A stretch of 64,000 nt of DNA from Marsupella aquatica (lineage: Eukaryota; Plantae; Marchantiophyta): the NCBI GenBank assembly GCA_973895155.1, contig OZ316898.1, positions 10,873,187-10,937,186 on the forward strand, read 5' to 3'. Below, in pieces: positions 24,703 through 38,310 of the stretch (position 1 is the first letter of the stretch; each line of letters begins with the position of its first letter). Both the position numbers and the translations under genes were made by a program. The notes beneath the pieces were generated by a model. The model had not been told where the DNA came from. It ran no database searches and saw nothing but the letters and a program-made list of their open reading frames with translations.

Positions 24703-27279
24703 ATGGCGCAGGGTGGTTTTGATGGTTCTCAAATCAAGGAATTGGTGGAGAATGAGGGCAATTTCAGCAAATACATCGATAAGACGTTCAATTCGCTGGA
24801 CACTCATCACAAGGGCACCGTGTCGAAACAGGAGCTGGCCCCAATCATGCAGAATCTAGGCTCGGCTCTGGGCTTGCCACCTCTTGGTACAGACAAGCAG
24901 TCCGATCACATCTATGACGAGGTAGATACAGTGGGGCTTGTTCCTTGTCCACATCTTTTCTTCTGCTCTAGCTTGGAGACGTGCTCATTCTGTGATCAGG
25001 AACTCACTCTCTCACTCATCGTCAACCCCTGCTGTACCCAACGAATCCTTGGACCTTACTAAATTCCAGGCTTCCCTGCTGTAGTTGCGAATCGCACTGT
25101 ATTCGTATTTCTAGAAATTCGAGGTAATTGCTTGTATCTACATAATCAAGCCACCTTTCTAAGCCTGTGACTGTCCTGTTGTCCTTTCATACAATTGTCC
25201 TGTTGTCCTCTCATACTATTGGATAGCAATTATAGTTGAGATGTGCCATTCCTTCCGCGGTTAACTCTGTTCTTGTTAGGGTAGCATCTGTCGATCATGT
25301 TGTCGTACGTCGTTAAACTTTCCAAATGGCCGCCTTTCAACATTAGTCCAGCTTTCAAATTCCGTCCGAAGCACTGTGTCCGTTTAATTTTTATGAGATT
25401 TTCATGGCGATATGCACGGGAGGTTGAACTCATGCTAACTGCTGACTGTAGAGCAATATTTGAATTACTGGTTCCTGTTGGCAGTTGGTTCTGCGGAAAG
25501 TGGTTCTGACTACATCATGTGGCCTGTTGGCGTAGGTCTTCCCTGAATTCAACAGCGAAAATGGCGTTTCGAAACAAACTTTTTCAACTGTGTTGAGAGC
25601 GGTGTTCTTGGGACTTGCTGATGGTCTGGAAAGAGATCCGATCAGTGTCCTTGCACTCGATGGATCTCAACTACGGAAGTATGCTGAAACGGGAGTATTT
25701 GAAACTGATGTTGTCGCGACTTTCGCACGGCTTGACGTCAACCAAGAAAATAGCCTTCCAGCAACCCAATTAGTAGAGGCCTTGAAGGCGATATCAGTCG
25801 AGAAAGGGATGCCTCCCGCAGGAGATCCGAAGGTGAGATGCCTTCATGAGTGAACTTTCCGGACTATGGCTAAGTGATTGAGATTCGGGTCAGTTGTCAT
25901 CTGACTCCGCTGTCCTCTCCTTCGGTTTTGCCACCACAAGTCTGAAATGTTGGATCATTCTGTAATGCATTTATAGATGCCTGTCGGTGAATGGCTGGTG
26001 TATTGGCCTTTGGGACCGGTTGTACTGTACGCCCAAATTTTCAATAGTCAACAGTTCACTCAAGTAACTGGACCGAGGACGGTGTGCATATAGAGAAGCT
26101 AGTTGCTTAATAATTGGAGCATATGTCAGCTTCATTACTCTGGAATGACTCTTCGATGAACGAACTACCACCTGTTGGCGCAGTGAATTCCAGGTGGAGC
26201 ACTCCCCTAAGGTTAACTTAAATTGTTGGAATGTTCATCAGCAAATCATACTAAAGCATGCTGTTGACTTTCTTGTTTTGGCAGATGACAGACTTGTTGG
26301 GAAACGCATTGGCCTCAGCCAATGTGAACACTGAGGATCGTCTCGATCAGTTTCAGTTTGTGGAGGCTCTGAAAAAGGTGGTATTGACTATTGCGAACGG
26401 TATGGAGAAGACCCCTGTTGAAGTAGCACACAGCGAGAAGGTATTCGACGGACAGGGAATCGTTGCCTTTCTAAAGGATAAATCAACTTTTCAAACGGTA
26501 TTCTTCTTCACCCCTGAATCTCAAATTTGACTTCTGTCATGACCGTCTATATTGCTCTTTAACCCAAACTCACTCCCCTCTGGAAGCACCATTGGCAGTT
26601 TCAAAATACTTGCCTGATCAATGAATCTGTGCAACACTTAAAGTTCCTTGCACTGCTCGTAATATTCAGGCTCTTGATGAAACTTGGGAGAAATTGCCAA
26701 AGGACAAAAAGGGAAGATTGGGAAAGGATTACCTGCGTGTGGGAATCGATGAGCTGTGCCCAGCAGCAGGATTGCCACCTGTTGGTGCAGTGGAAGAGGT
26801 ATGCCTGTGGAGCCTTTCCGCCGAGGTTTATACTGATACCCAAATTGCTTCCTTGTGATCTTTGAAAGAACCGTTGCCGTTGGAGCATGTCAGCGCTGAA
26901 AGACTGGCAGCTAATTAGCATGGGAACTCTAATCTATACGGTCGCAGCACACGATGAGCTACGAAACTTGTAACACTGAAAATAAATCAGGAATATGGTA
27001 CAACGACAGTTTACAATTCAAGCTAATCTAGCATATTCTATCTCGCAATCTTTCCTGTACTAACAACATCATGATGTGGATGGTCAGATGGACGGTGTTA
27101 TGAAGACGGTGTTCAGCAAAATCGACTTGGATCACGGAACAACTGTCAGCAAGCAGGAATTTGACAAGACAATGTTGGAAGTTCTGGGAAGTATGATGCT
27201 GCAGCTGGAGGGTAAACCGATTGGCATAAACAACAGTAGCATTATCGAGGATTCACCCATTCCCACAATAGCTCCTTAG
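24703..27279 (+). CDS. Multi-EF-hand calcium-binding protein (SnRK2 calcium sensor-like family)
   Basis: Exons 24703-24921, 25536-25832, 26285-26497, 26670-26798 and 27088-27279, all phase 0. Repeated units FDGSQI..F..LD....G.(V/L)SK.EL...G(L/M)PP; C-terminal DLDHGTTVSKQEF...LQLEGKPI. Confidence 0.87.
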
Positions 27280-27864
27280 CCAACTTGAACAGATTTGCTC
27301 CGAAATTTTGATAGCCCATACAATTGCCCACACAATAATACGTAGTGTTTCTATTTATCAGGCACATGCTTAGTAGCTCCTGGTAAGTAGAACATTTTGA
27401 ATTGCACGATGAAATTAGAATTCAATGCCAACACTGTATCTGCTGGAAACTTCCATTTGTAAATTTGAATAGGACAGGGTACAACACAAAGGTATGAAAG
27501 CCACGAGTTTGTACTGGGGAACAATGAAAACTCAACGTTGAGAGCAGAGAACTGAATTTGTGAATGAAATTTTCAATCTACTCCCGCGACATTCTCAAAG
27601 TTAGTTTCAACGCAAATGCGTACACCTTCGAAGTGCAAAGTGTTGTTCAGATGACATTGAGAGCGAACAAAGTCCGAATTCTAAATTGAGGAACCTCGCT
27701 CAATCTAGAAAGCAAAATTAGAGTCAGGAAATGTCGAGACGACTAATACGGAAATTGTGCTGGAAAAGAATTTTGCACACCTGAAAAATTGTCAAGTACG
27801 TACAGGCGTGTAAGTGGACACTATCAGCAACCAGGGTCAGAATGACGTAAAATAACTTATGATC

Positions 27865-28270
27865 AAACATAACACGATAATTTGGAGAGCACCCAACACG
27901 AACCGATGGTGGAAGCTGAAAACCTTTTAAGTTGCTTTACGGACACTTCTTAGGTTCCATCAGCACATGAAACGAACTACGCGCTTAATTATTCTTTGTC
28001 ATTCACACATATGTCAACACGCTGACCTGGAGGTATATGTTAGAACTGTGCAGTCACAGAGTAACGGAAAAAGAAACTCATGTTTAAACATAACATGATA
28101 ATTTCGAGAGTATCCAACGAGAACCGACGGCGGAAGTTGTAAACCTTCTAAGCATGCTTTACGGACACATTTGTAGGTTCCGTCAGCCGCACATACCGAT
28201 TACGCACATAACCTCTCTAATTACCACATTAGTCAAAAACACGCAGTCCTGGACGTACGTGTTAGAACTG
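27865..28270. repeat. Diverged tandem duplication, ~220 bp x2
   Basis: AAACATAACA.GATAATTT.GAGAG...GCTTTACGGACAC...TAGGTTCC.TCAGC...TGTTAGAACTG at ~27865 and ~28085. Confidence 0.8.
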
Positions 28271-31229
28271 GACAAGAGTGTTGTGCAGCATGGACCAAAC
28301 TTCCTTGTCAACTTCACTAATGTAACCTAACGAATTCTGACCGAGTGCATACTTTCAACCGTGATGAATACTGAAGCTGATTTGAGTAGCTTTCTAAGTT
28401 CAACAGTTCGGGAACTACGCAACATGACTTCATTTCCAAGCTTCTCCAAGGAATTTCTACACTTCGTATAGCAGCGGTAGTGTTCTCAGAACTTAATTTC
28501 GCGTCATCGTAACTAGATCAATCGATGTGGGAGAGTTGTGACAGCTAGTAACCTTTGAAAGACTAACTCTCATTCCTCTACGTCTTCGTAGGATCCATCA
28601 CTGTCGAAGATGCATCCTAATGACTTTTTCAACAAATTGAAAGACTTCTCATCCTACATCGCACAAATACAATATGTTTCAAATGTGAGAAATTACATAT
28701 GCGAATTGATCAGGAGCAAAAACTCAAAAAATCTATTATTTCATAAACCTCTGAGAGTTTTGAAATTTGGCTGCGTGAGAATGTTCCTATTCAAAATCGT
28801 GTGCATCTGCCACTCCGGAACTGGGACGGCGTTAAGTTGTGACTACGTACTTGTTTCTTTTTCCTCACCAACTCATCCGCTGCAGCGATTTTCTCCACAC
28901 AAATTCTTTGCAAATCAACTGCGATGACTTTCTCCTTCTTCCCTGCAGATCACATTGTCGTGGAAACCATGATAAGCGCGAAATGTATTTTGAAGTTACT
29001 TTAAACACCACAAATAACCGAATAAACGGCGACACGTTCACGGTCCGAATACTAAAAACAACCTTGCAGACAATTGTCTGATACGGAAAAGTTTTTCCAA
29101 GTGTACAACATGGAATCTCACGTTGTTGATCGCATTTTGTCAATAATTTCTCCTTGGTATCCTCGAACTTGGAGAAAATATCTGTCAAAGCATAAGTCAT
29201 TAGAGCCAGCAACAACCTCTGTTGTAAGCAAATATATGACCAGTGTCATTGTCTTCACGTGACAACCGGCCTCAAACTTAGAGTCATCATGTGCGGTCGT
29301 TCCTAAAACATATCTAAATGTGAACGATCATATCAATGTGCGTTGCACCTGTGACCAAAATCCAGATGAAGGATGTGTTTGAAGACTATGTAATACCGTC
29401 ATATGTTTGCAAGTGCGAATCCTTCACATTACAAAATGTTTCATACGCCTTCTTGTACTTGTCTGCTTCATCTTTCATGGTTTTTTCATACTGTGCTTTC
29501 ATCAGTCGACACTTTAATTAGTGAGTATTCTTCTACGGAGAGTCGTTATTGCTGACAAGACGAGAAAAATTATCTCTGTATTTCTCTGGTCACCATGTAC
29601 ATCATAAAGTTAATAAAGATGTGCCCGGAGAATCTAATTGCAGCTGGATGGCGACAAATTCAATAGCGTGTCGGAACTTACTTCCTTGCAAGCTTTGGAC
29701 GCTGCACTAGCTAGGGCTTGCCTGCGTATATGAGCGCCTAGTTATCCACATGATTGTCATATTCAAGAAGCATGTTGCTAACACCAATTGAATGACATAG
29801 GTGCATGATCTTCCGTCCAGGTTAGCGACCCAGCAATCTTTGCATCGAGTAGAAACCGATATATGGTCCAGTTCCAGGTACCATGACGTCAAGACATCTT
29901 GACATTTTACAAAATAATTTTATAAGTTGATGAATATGAAGCGTCAGTAAACTCTTACAGATCTCAAGCTTTTGAAGATCAGGGTACGAATTAACCTACG
30001 GGTGTGCATAGATTTCTTACCTATCCTTTTCTACCTTGTGCTTGGTCTCTTCCACCAGTGATTTAATCTCACCTGCCATACTGCCGGTTAATATTAGACA
30101 GAGTGAAAGGCTTCCGATTGTTACCCAAGTTATGAAAATCGCACAACCGTTAGATTCCTGACAGAAGCTGCCATTCACGTAGCTCAGCCCGCGCAGTAGA
30201 CGTTCATTGCAGTGTTAGTAAGAATTCAAAATTTACAGCGAAGCAAATGTGTACGACAAAATTTCAATTGGAGAGGTAGATACTTCTTTACGATCTCTTC
30301 AATCTTCTTCTGTCCATCCGAAACGGCTTTTTGACGGACTTGCTGAAGAGCAGCGAGTATGCCTTGGATATCACTACACATGTTCGAAATGATTTAGCAA
30401 TTTACTTTGAGCTTGCTATAGTTTCCAACTTAATTTCTTCTAAGACTCAATCCAAGTATATTGTGCAGAGTTTGGTACATGAAACGGGGGACAAAACTAC
30501 TAGAACTTAAGGATCAGAACTGAACACTTCACCTTGCATGATGTGCAAGGTAAGTTATACTACAATTGCACGAACAACAACGATTCAACTACTGTAATTA
30601 AGTGGACGTCGATCGCATTGAGATCCTATGTCTGCGTCCACCTGACGAGTTGCGCCTTGCAGGTTTGCGCCGCAAGCGCATTTTCATACGTACTGTAATA
30701 TGTCAAAACATAGGGATGAATCGTCGTCGTCAAAATTTAGTCAGCCAAACCTTGACAAGTTAAGATCCTCATCTTGAGAGTCATCGATCTCCGCTGCTTG
30801 GTTAGCGGCCACACCGGAGGAGGGCAATGCAGGAGACTTCTCTGCTGGTTTCTCCTCTCTTGGCCTCTTCTTTATCTGCGTGTCCCTCGTCATTCCACAG
30901 AGAAAGAGGAAAGAGTCCCACAGCAAGAGTACAATACACTCCTTGTAAAAGATGCGAGCACCGAATCGACCAAAGCCACAAAGTAAGGAGCAAAAATTCT
31001 ACAAGCGTGATGCACAGAATGAATTCACGATTGAAAAGGAGGCGCTCGCTTCGATTTCTGACGACAATTTTACGCTACGCAGCCTGAGCGCACAGTTACG
31101 ATCCAATACGGGAGCGCGACGAGCAGAGTTACTCATAGAAGTACTGTGAGAGCAGTGCCGAGCGAGCAACGATGATGGGCTGGAGGGCGGGCTGGAGTTG
31201 AAAATACATCCGTTATTTGAAAAAGAGAC

Positions 31230-31943
31230 AAGCCCGACATAGCTCCCTCTACCAGTGTATTTTTTAAGGATTTCACTTTTTCGCCAAGGTGGCGAATGTA
31301 AAGTGTGTCAAGGAGAAGATGCTCAAAAGATTTTGTATTCAATTATTTTTCTGACTGTCAGATCTCCCTAGATTTAAGGCTGGCCGTTGGATTCTGGCTA
31401 ATGGGGCCTGGGATTAGGTGGAATACTGGCTAGTGAGACAGCAAAAAAGTAGCTAATTTTAGCCAAAAGTGGCGAAGGATTTTTGGGGAGGTGGAATCTA
31501 GAATTTTCGCCACTAAAAAAAACCCTGCCCTCTACCCAGATTCCTATGCTCTTCCCTACACTCACAAGCATCCTCTAATAAGTGTCAAAATTACCCGAGA
31601 AATTAGAACGTATCATTATCAGAAAAGCAGGGCCGTAGCTTCACTCTACAAATAATTAAGCCCGAAATAGCTCCCTCTACCCAGATTCCTATGCTCTTCC
31701 CTACACTCACAAGCATCCTCTAAGTGCCAAAATTACCAGAGAAATTAGAACCTATCATTACCAGATTAATAGGGCCATAGGTTCACTCTAGGAATAATTA
31801 AGCCCGAAATAGCTCCCTCTACCCAGATCCCTATGCTCTTCCCTACACTCACAAGCATCCTCTAGTGTCAAAATTACCCCAGAAATTAGAACCTATCATT
31901 ACCAGAAAAATAGGGCCATAGCTTCACTCTATGTAATAATTAA
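31230..31943. repeat. Tandem repeat, ~143 bp x3, first unit interrupted by a hAT MITE
   Basis: CCCTCTACCCAGA(T/C)CCTATGCTCTTCCCTACACTCACAAGC recurs at 31528, 31673 and 31815. The unit prefix AAGCCCGA(C/A)ATAGCT also lies at 31230, before the MITE. Confidence 0.92.
31253..31527 (-). mobile_element. hAT-type MITE (275 bp), inverted relative to 23094-23373
   Basis: TIRs CAGTGTATTTTTT / AAAAAAAACCCTG; perfect 8-bp TSD CCCTCTAC at 31245-31252 and 31528-31535. Confidence 0.92.
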
Positions 31944-31985
31944 GTTATGAAGGGTAGAAATGGAACTCAAATTATGTACAGATGA

Positions 31986-32233
31986 GGGGGTCTCAAAGGT
32001 TCAAAATTACTGATGATAGTTTTCAACCATAAAGGAATGGTCATAATTTTTTCACAAGGTTGTGTAGAAAGTTTTATGTCCACTGGCCTCTACGGTGACT
32101 ACTGGTAATGGCATATAACAAATCTTTATGGCAAAAAGCTCTCAATTATGAATTTTGTAGTCCGTAACTTTTTGTGTCCGTAACCTATGACTACAAACTA
32201 AAGGACCATCAAATTATGAGCTTTGAGACACCC
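31986..32233. mobile_element. PIF/Harbinger (Tourist)-like MITE
   Basis: Imperfect ~22-bp TIRs GGGGGTCTCAAAGGTTCAAAATT / AATTATGAGCTTTGAGACACCC. Internal sequence recurs inverted at ~39319-39415; related TIRs at 38461-38566. TSD not clean. Confidence 0.55.
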
Positions 32234-33944
32234 TATTAAGTCATGAACTAAGGGTAGACTTGGATTGCAGATTATGTAAATATTAAGTCATGAAGGGTAG
32301 ACTTGGATTGCAAATTTAGTACATATAAAGTCATGAAGCGCCAACCTGGATGGCAAATTATTGTATAGATTGATGGATTGACCCTTGTGAACTGGACATA
32401 CAATGCAAGGCTAGCTAGGGATTGGCTGGAGGGCCAGGTGGAGTTGACAACACAGTCATGAACGATAGACTTGGATTGCAATTATAGTATAGGTTGATGG
32501 ATTCACCCATGTGAACGAGTGATGCAATGTAAGGCTAGCTATCAATCCGCTGGAGGGCCTGATGGAGCTGAAAACACTAGCCCAGATACCTGTGTGTATT
32601 TACAGGAAGGGTTCCCTAAACCCATGCTTGTCCCTACTCAAAGAGATAGTTTATGTATCAAACAGTCCTGTTACCAGATAAATTTTGGCCTCTGGTTTCA
32701 CTGTACTGAGAAGGTCATGAACAATGGACTTTGATAGTGATTTGGGCCTTACCAAGTAGGTCATGAACAATGGACTTTGATACCAATTTGGACTGATGAA
32801 CAAGACATGCATGGCTTTGTTCCTGAGAGGTTAGCCCGCCTTGATGGATGTCTAGAACAGGGCTGTGTTTCTTTGGCCAATATTTGCCAGATTCTTACCC
32901 AACGAGTTATGGGTACTCCCGCTCAGAGTAAGTGCTTTTGGCCCGTCCCTGTCAGACAAACCCAAGCCTATCACCTCGACAAGAGGTCACGATAGCATTC
33001 TAATGATATACAATGACTGGCATGTCGTTTCTGTCCCTGGATGACGTGATGTTGTGATGACTCCATGTTGTGATGACACAAATTCAAAGTCCTTTGGGAA
33101 CGTTGGGTAGACAAAATGACAAAAATATTACACAGTGTTCGCACTTTGTGTTATGGCTCAGAGTTAAAGTCACCAGTTTTGGTCAGCAGCCACAGCACTT
33201 TGTTACAGAAACCTATTTTGGCCTCCAGCAACTTTTATGGCCGGTCCCATAACTCAGTCCTTACAGCCAAGTGGCAACTCATTTTGGCCATGCTTTGAGA
33301 TGCCCAACTAGATAACCATGCCAAAAAGGAAAAGGTGCCCATCGAGAAGACACACTGTCAAGGGCAGGAGACCCAATAGGATACCCAATAAAGGGGGGAG
33401 ACATGTTCCTCATTACTTTGAGACTCTCATTGCCAGATCAGCCGGTGCTCCTTAAAGCTCAGAAGAGCTATTGGTACAAATTAGATATGTTTGACACCTT
33501 TTGCCCTTGCATACCTCTCACTATGATTAAGGGACTCACCGCCTTACTCTCCTTGGTCCCGCACTAAGAAAAGCTCTGGCGTACAGGCATATTTATACTC
33601 ACTAATAGTGATTATATCTACAGAGGTATCCCCTTCGATACATACTCAAAATTCGCCTGATGTTTTCGGAGACACTGTGAAGACATTGTACAAAGTGACA
33701 AGTGTATTTGCCAATTTAAGGGCCAGAGAAAATACAAATGCCAGTTTTCGCAGCAGTTCGTGAGGGATGGGGTTAGTAGATATGACGAAAAGTGGGAAGG
33801 GTGTTTACGTGACACAAGACACTTGTCATAAATTTTTGAGAACTCATAGAATTATATTCCATGAGCGATAGTCTGTGTAGAATAGATGCCACTCATGGAT
33901 GTTCTTGCCTATTTTCATACTCAGGCTGTTTCACCAAGAATTTC

Positions 33945-34120
33945 ACAACTGAAATACAATCCCTGGTATCCAAAACAGTCATTTCATTCACAACTAAATA
34001 ATGAAACCTTGCATCCAAAAGAGTCATTTCATTCACAGCTAAATAATGAACCCTCGCATCCAAAAGAGTCATTTCATTCACAACTAAAAAACAATCCTTG
34101 TATCCAACAGTCATTTTCAA
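33945..34120. repeat. 45-bp minisatellite, ~3.5 copies
   Basis: ATCCAAAA(C/G)AGTCATTTCATTCACA(A/G)CTAAA at 33968, 34013 and 34058, with a partial copy at ~34102. Confidence 0.88.
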
Positions 34121-34790
34121 TCACACCTAATGTACAAATCCCTGCATCGAAATCGGAAATGCCTCTAGACTCAAAAGATATCAATCAGGAACAGTAAATG
34201 GTCCTCCTTGACATTTTGGATCAATTGCATAACACTTCACGTTGGCCTGTTGCATGTCATGGTCAAAATTTTGCAGAGCCCTTCCACATAATGCTAAGAA
34301 CTCTTCTGAATTCATGTCTCTACCTGATGCTGTCATCTATTCACGGATCTCAGAGTCGGTAATCTTCATGATCCTAGCCAGATATCTTCCGACTTAACAA
34401 TCCCTGCCTCCAGATAATGGAACTTTGGAAAATGGTAAACTCAATGGAAAAAGCTATGCGCATTCCTCATCACAATCCAGTGTTCTAGACAGCGATGAGT
34501 GGATAGCTGCTAGCTTGTAGATCCAATGTGACCGTAATTGTTGAGGCATGGACGCAAGCATGACTCTCCGAATCGATCTCAGAACCCAAATTTCTGCTCT
34601 GGGCAAGGTGCTTGTTAGGAGGTACAAGGTATGTGGAACTACTTGGTGGCAAAAGCATTAGGGTTGTCTAGCGACTTAGTGGAGAGACAACTAGCAAATG
34701 CTAATGTTTATGTCACTGTGGAACATGATTGATAACTAACGTCTCCAAATTATGGAAAGTGGCCTCAACAGTGGTCGTCTACTTTCGAAC

Positions 34791-37494
34791 TCAATCTTTG
34801 ATGCCTTTGTATCCTCCTGCCTCCAGCTGTTGGGCAAGGGAACTATCCCCAGTCTTGATAATACGACCAGCTTCCTGAAATCAATCCATTAGCATGTCAA
34901 TTTCATGCACTGATTGCCACCATCATCCTCAACGTACAAAGGAATTCCAAAAGCGAGGAGCGTACCATGATATGGACGTAATTGGGCTTGATGTAGTCCA
35001 GGAGTCTTTGATAGTGAGTAATCATTAAAACGGCATTATCCGACTTTAAAAGACCATTGACTGCTGATGCTACATCCCTTAGTGCATCCACATCCAAGCC
35101 TGAATCAATCTCATCAAGAATTGCCATATCGGCCTCCAAAACCTGAAGGTCCCCAACAAGTAAACTCGTCAAGTTTTTGACTTCCGGTTGCCAAAACTGC
35201 GATGGAGGGAGAGAGGGGAGAGGGGAGGGTGACAGAAGCAGCGATTTATGCCAATAACAATGATCCTAATATATGAGCAATAGTGAAGTTCCGCTTCATC
35301 CACACCATCGAACATAGTATCACAGCTAACCAATTCCTGAACGAACTTGAGCACCCTAATAAGCAATCAGAATTTCGCAGGTCCAACGAGGAGAAGAGAT
35401 GCACTAAAAGACGTTGATCATGTTGCATTTTGTAGTCTCGCCCTGTAATCTGGATAAGTCCTCAAAACAAGTCTGCTAATTCCGAGAACTATTTAGGACC
35501 TTTCCTACAGCTTTCTTCAGCAACAAAATTAACTTGGCCAATAGTAGAGCAGAGAGGTACTGCAAGGAAAGGAGGACTTTGGTGTGAAGTAAAAGCACCT
35601 ACCGCTAACTGTAAGATCTCGTTCCGTTTCTTTTCACCCCCACTGAAGCCTTCATTGACGTTCCGATCCAGAAATGTTGGGTCCATATTCAAAGCCGCCA
35701 GCTTAGGTGACAAATATCCATAAAACTGCACCACATTCAAGTCAACGACGTCTAAATCACCTGCTTTGATTACTTAGTTCACCGTGGCATTCCGGTGGAG
35801 AAGATTCTACAATACTGGTGGTAACCTTGAAAATCTGAGCGATAGACCGGATTCCAGAAGGTGAAGTATTCATCCAAAGGAATGAACCAAGTCGACCAAT
35901 GTTTTGCTAGTGAGCTGCTGCTATACCTCAAGAGGACCAAATTCAGGAAGGCCAAGGGCAGAACGGCGTGCATTGCATGCCATCCGTAAGAAATCCATAT
36001 TGCTCACTCCTGGGATCTCCACTGGAGATTGAAAACTCAGGAAAAGTCCAGAATGACTCCTCTCTTCGGGCGCTTTCTCAAACAAATTCTCCCCCTTAAA
36101 AGTTGCGGTCCCGCCTGTGACTTCGTAGTCTGGGTGGCCTACAAGAACCTGTATAAATATATATGTGTCAGTAAATTGAACCTGTTTTCATTTGGGATCA
36201 TAAGATGCAGAACTCAATTCATGTACAGTAAGAGAAGGTGGGTGGGCTTGCCTTCGACAACGTGCTTTTCCCCGATCCATTTTTCCCCATAATTGCATGT
36301 ATCTGCAGATCAATCCACCACAGTTTTATCCCATTTGAGGTTACGATGCAAAGTGAATGTAATTGGAAGAAAAGGCCGGTAATTTGAAAAATCATGAATT
36401 CAATCTCAATTCTCATCTCAGATCGGTTCACTTTGAGACAAACAAAGACAAAGTTTACTGTACTCTAGCTCCACGGCGGTGGCAAATTGTATATGGGAAA
36501 CTCTGACCAAAACAACTATTGGGAAGTGAATAGGCAAAGGCACAAGAAACGAGAACAGAGGCACTCCCTTCTCTAAGAGGGAACAACAGACAACCCCTTA
36601 ACCAGAAAGGACAGCGACTGGATGGATGAATTTTTCGGTAGGAGTCCATATGATATTGGAAAGCTTGAACAAAGTGTCTCTGCTCTGCTTGCCCTTGGTG
36701 AACCTCGTTCATGTCCCAATATCAGTGTTCTATTGGCTGCACCACACCCAAAAACGCCTTCGAGATTCCTTTGCATTCGAAGCCTTCCGCTACTCCAGAG
36801 GGTATATGAGAAAACTACTAAGGTGCTAACTAATGGAGAAATGAGGAATTATGAGTTGAATGATAGCTAGTGAAAGAGAGTATTTAAGCCAAGTCTCCAA
36901 ACCGTCGGCACAGCGTCAGCACTGATAAGATTCACTGCCGCAGTCTTCTGGTCATCTTTTTAAACCCCGAAATCAGAATGGATGGGAGACAGAGGAGAGC
37001 ATCAACTACGAACAGTAATTCGAAGACCCCGGAGTCCTCCTATCAAACCAAAAGCAAAATCATCTGCCAATGCAGAAGAAAACAAAACGAGAAATTAAGC
37101 CGTGAATTCAAACTCTCGTAAACACCTCTCCTTGCCGGATGACGAGATCCACGCCTCGCAAAATCTCCTTCCCGGAATCCGCCACGACAGCCGTCAACCC
37201 CTTCACTTCAAGCAGCACTTCTGCAGCCTTGTCTCCATCGAGGGCCGCCGGAGCCTCGACTTCTAGCGTCACCAACGCCGACAGCACCACAGCAGCACCA
37301 CCCCGTCTCCCTTTCCTTGGTGCAGCACCAACACCGGATGTGCACGACAGAGAAGCCTTCAACTTCTTCTGCTGAAAGCCAAAGGGACACACGGCAACCA
37401 TAGCTCCTCGGCCATGGTCCAGACTCGCACTCCACGCTCTATCAGCAGCAGCTACCGATGAAGTGCCCAAGCACGTTGCCAAACTCGTTGCCAT
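34791..37494 (-). CDS. SUFC: Plastid Fe-S cluster assembly ATPase SufC (ABCI6/NAP7), 6 exons
   Basis: Exons 37494-37126, 36302-36252, 36148-35927, 35725-35603, 35142-34966 and 34874-34791, all phase 0. Walker A GKNGSGKST, FQSPVEIPGV, RNVNEGFSGGEKKRNEILQ, ILDEIDSGLDVDAL, ITHYQRLL. Intron 2 is GC-AG. Confidence 0.95.
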
Positions 37495-37707
37495 ATCTCC
37501 GAACTCACTACACCAGCAAACTGGCAAATTCAGACACACAAAGGGACCGAGAGGCGGAGAGAGAAGGGCTCCCTGCGGGAGTCTAATTAATTGATAACGA
37601 GATTGTCGAGCATTCCGGGGATTGGGAAAGATGGCACACTGGAAGATGAGATTTGCTTCAATCTCTCTTGTCGATAACGAAACCGTAGGAGTTGAGATGG
37701 GATCCCT
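37407..37707 (-). repeat. Left arm of inverted duplication (SufC 5' leader + transit-peptide start)
   Basis: Reverse complement aligns to 39921-39941 and 40052-40305. Confidence 0.92.
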
Positions 37708-37766
37708 GCTGCAGGTTACCTCACTGTCGCCTTGCACTAGTTTGCAGTGAATTTTCTCTAAGTGCA

Positions 37767-38310
37767 CACTACCACGAAGGTGTGCACTTAATGACGTTTT
37801 GCACTACTTCATAAGTGCAAACACTTTGAATTGGCACTTAAATCACCTCTGGCTATAAAAGGAGAAGTGTCCAAGACTTCTCCCTTCTTCTCCCTTTTCA
37901 CATTCCTCTTCTTTGCTGTGAGACTTTGCTCCACAATTTGAGGAAAAGATACTAAAAATGGTAACTTGGTGGATGCGTATTTTGTCATGTTGTTATGGCT
38001 AGAGTCGCATTAAGGATTGCAATGGGCCCTCTGTCAGTTGACACTCTCATTACTTCCTAAATTGTACATCCCTGCCCTAAAAGTGATCCCCTACCTCATA
38101 AGTGCAAGCTTTAGTCTAGACAAATGATTTGCACTTACTGATAATTGTAAGTGGAAAGAATTGTGCACTTACCATAATATACAGGGTTATTTTTGTGTTT
38201 ATCGCGCTCTTTTGCACTTTTTACCACAAGGTGCAAAATGGTTCAAAAAGGGCCAATTGGACACTTTGCAATTATCCAGGTTTGCACTTGTGGAGCACTT
38301 ATAGAGACGT
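37767..38310. mobile_element. CACTA-like transposon remnant
   Basis: Starts CACTACCAC; many AAGTGCA/TGCACTT motifs in both orientations; segment 37853-37960 recurs at ~44535-44636. No matching right TIR found. Confidence 0.45.

Noticed and set aside
31528-31943. Repeat array resembling CRISPR
   Set aside because: Full-length tandem units without unique spacers, in a eukaryotic context with no cas genes.
33886-34197. 103-aa ORF with 15-aa repeats
   Set aside because: Explained by the 45-bp minisatellite; no splice or domain support.
35230-35245. TGACAGAAG resembling the start of miR156
   Set aside because: The match stops after 9 nt and there is no hairpin partner.
37495-37767. Upstream extension of the SufC exon-1 ORF
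   Set aside because: Begins at a non-ATG codon; the homologous SCY1 leader carries indels and is not open over the same length, consistent with UTR.
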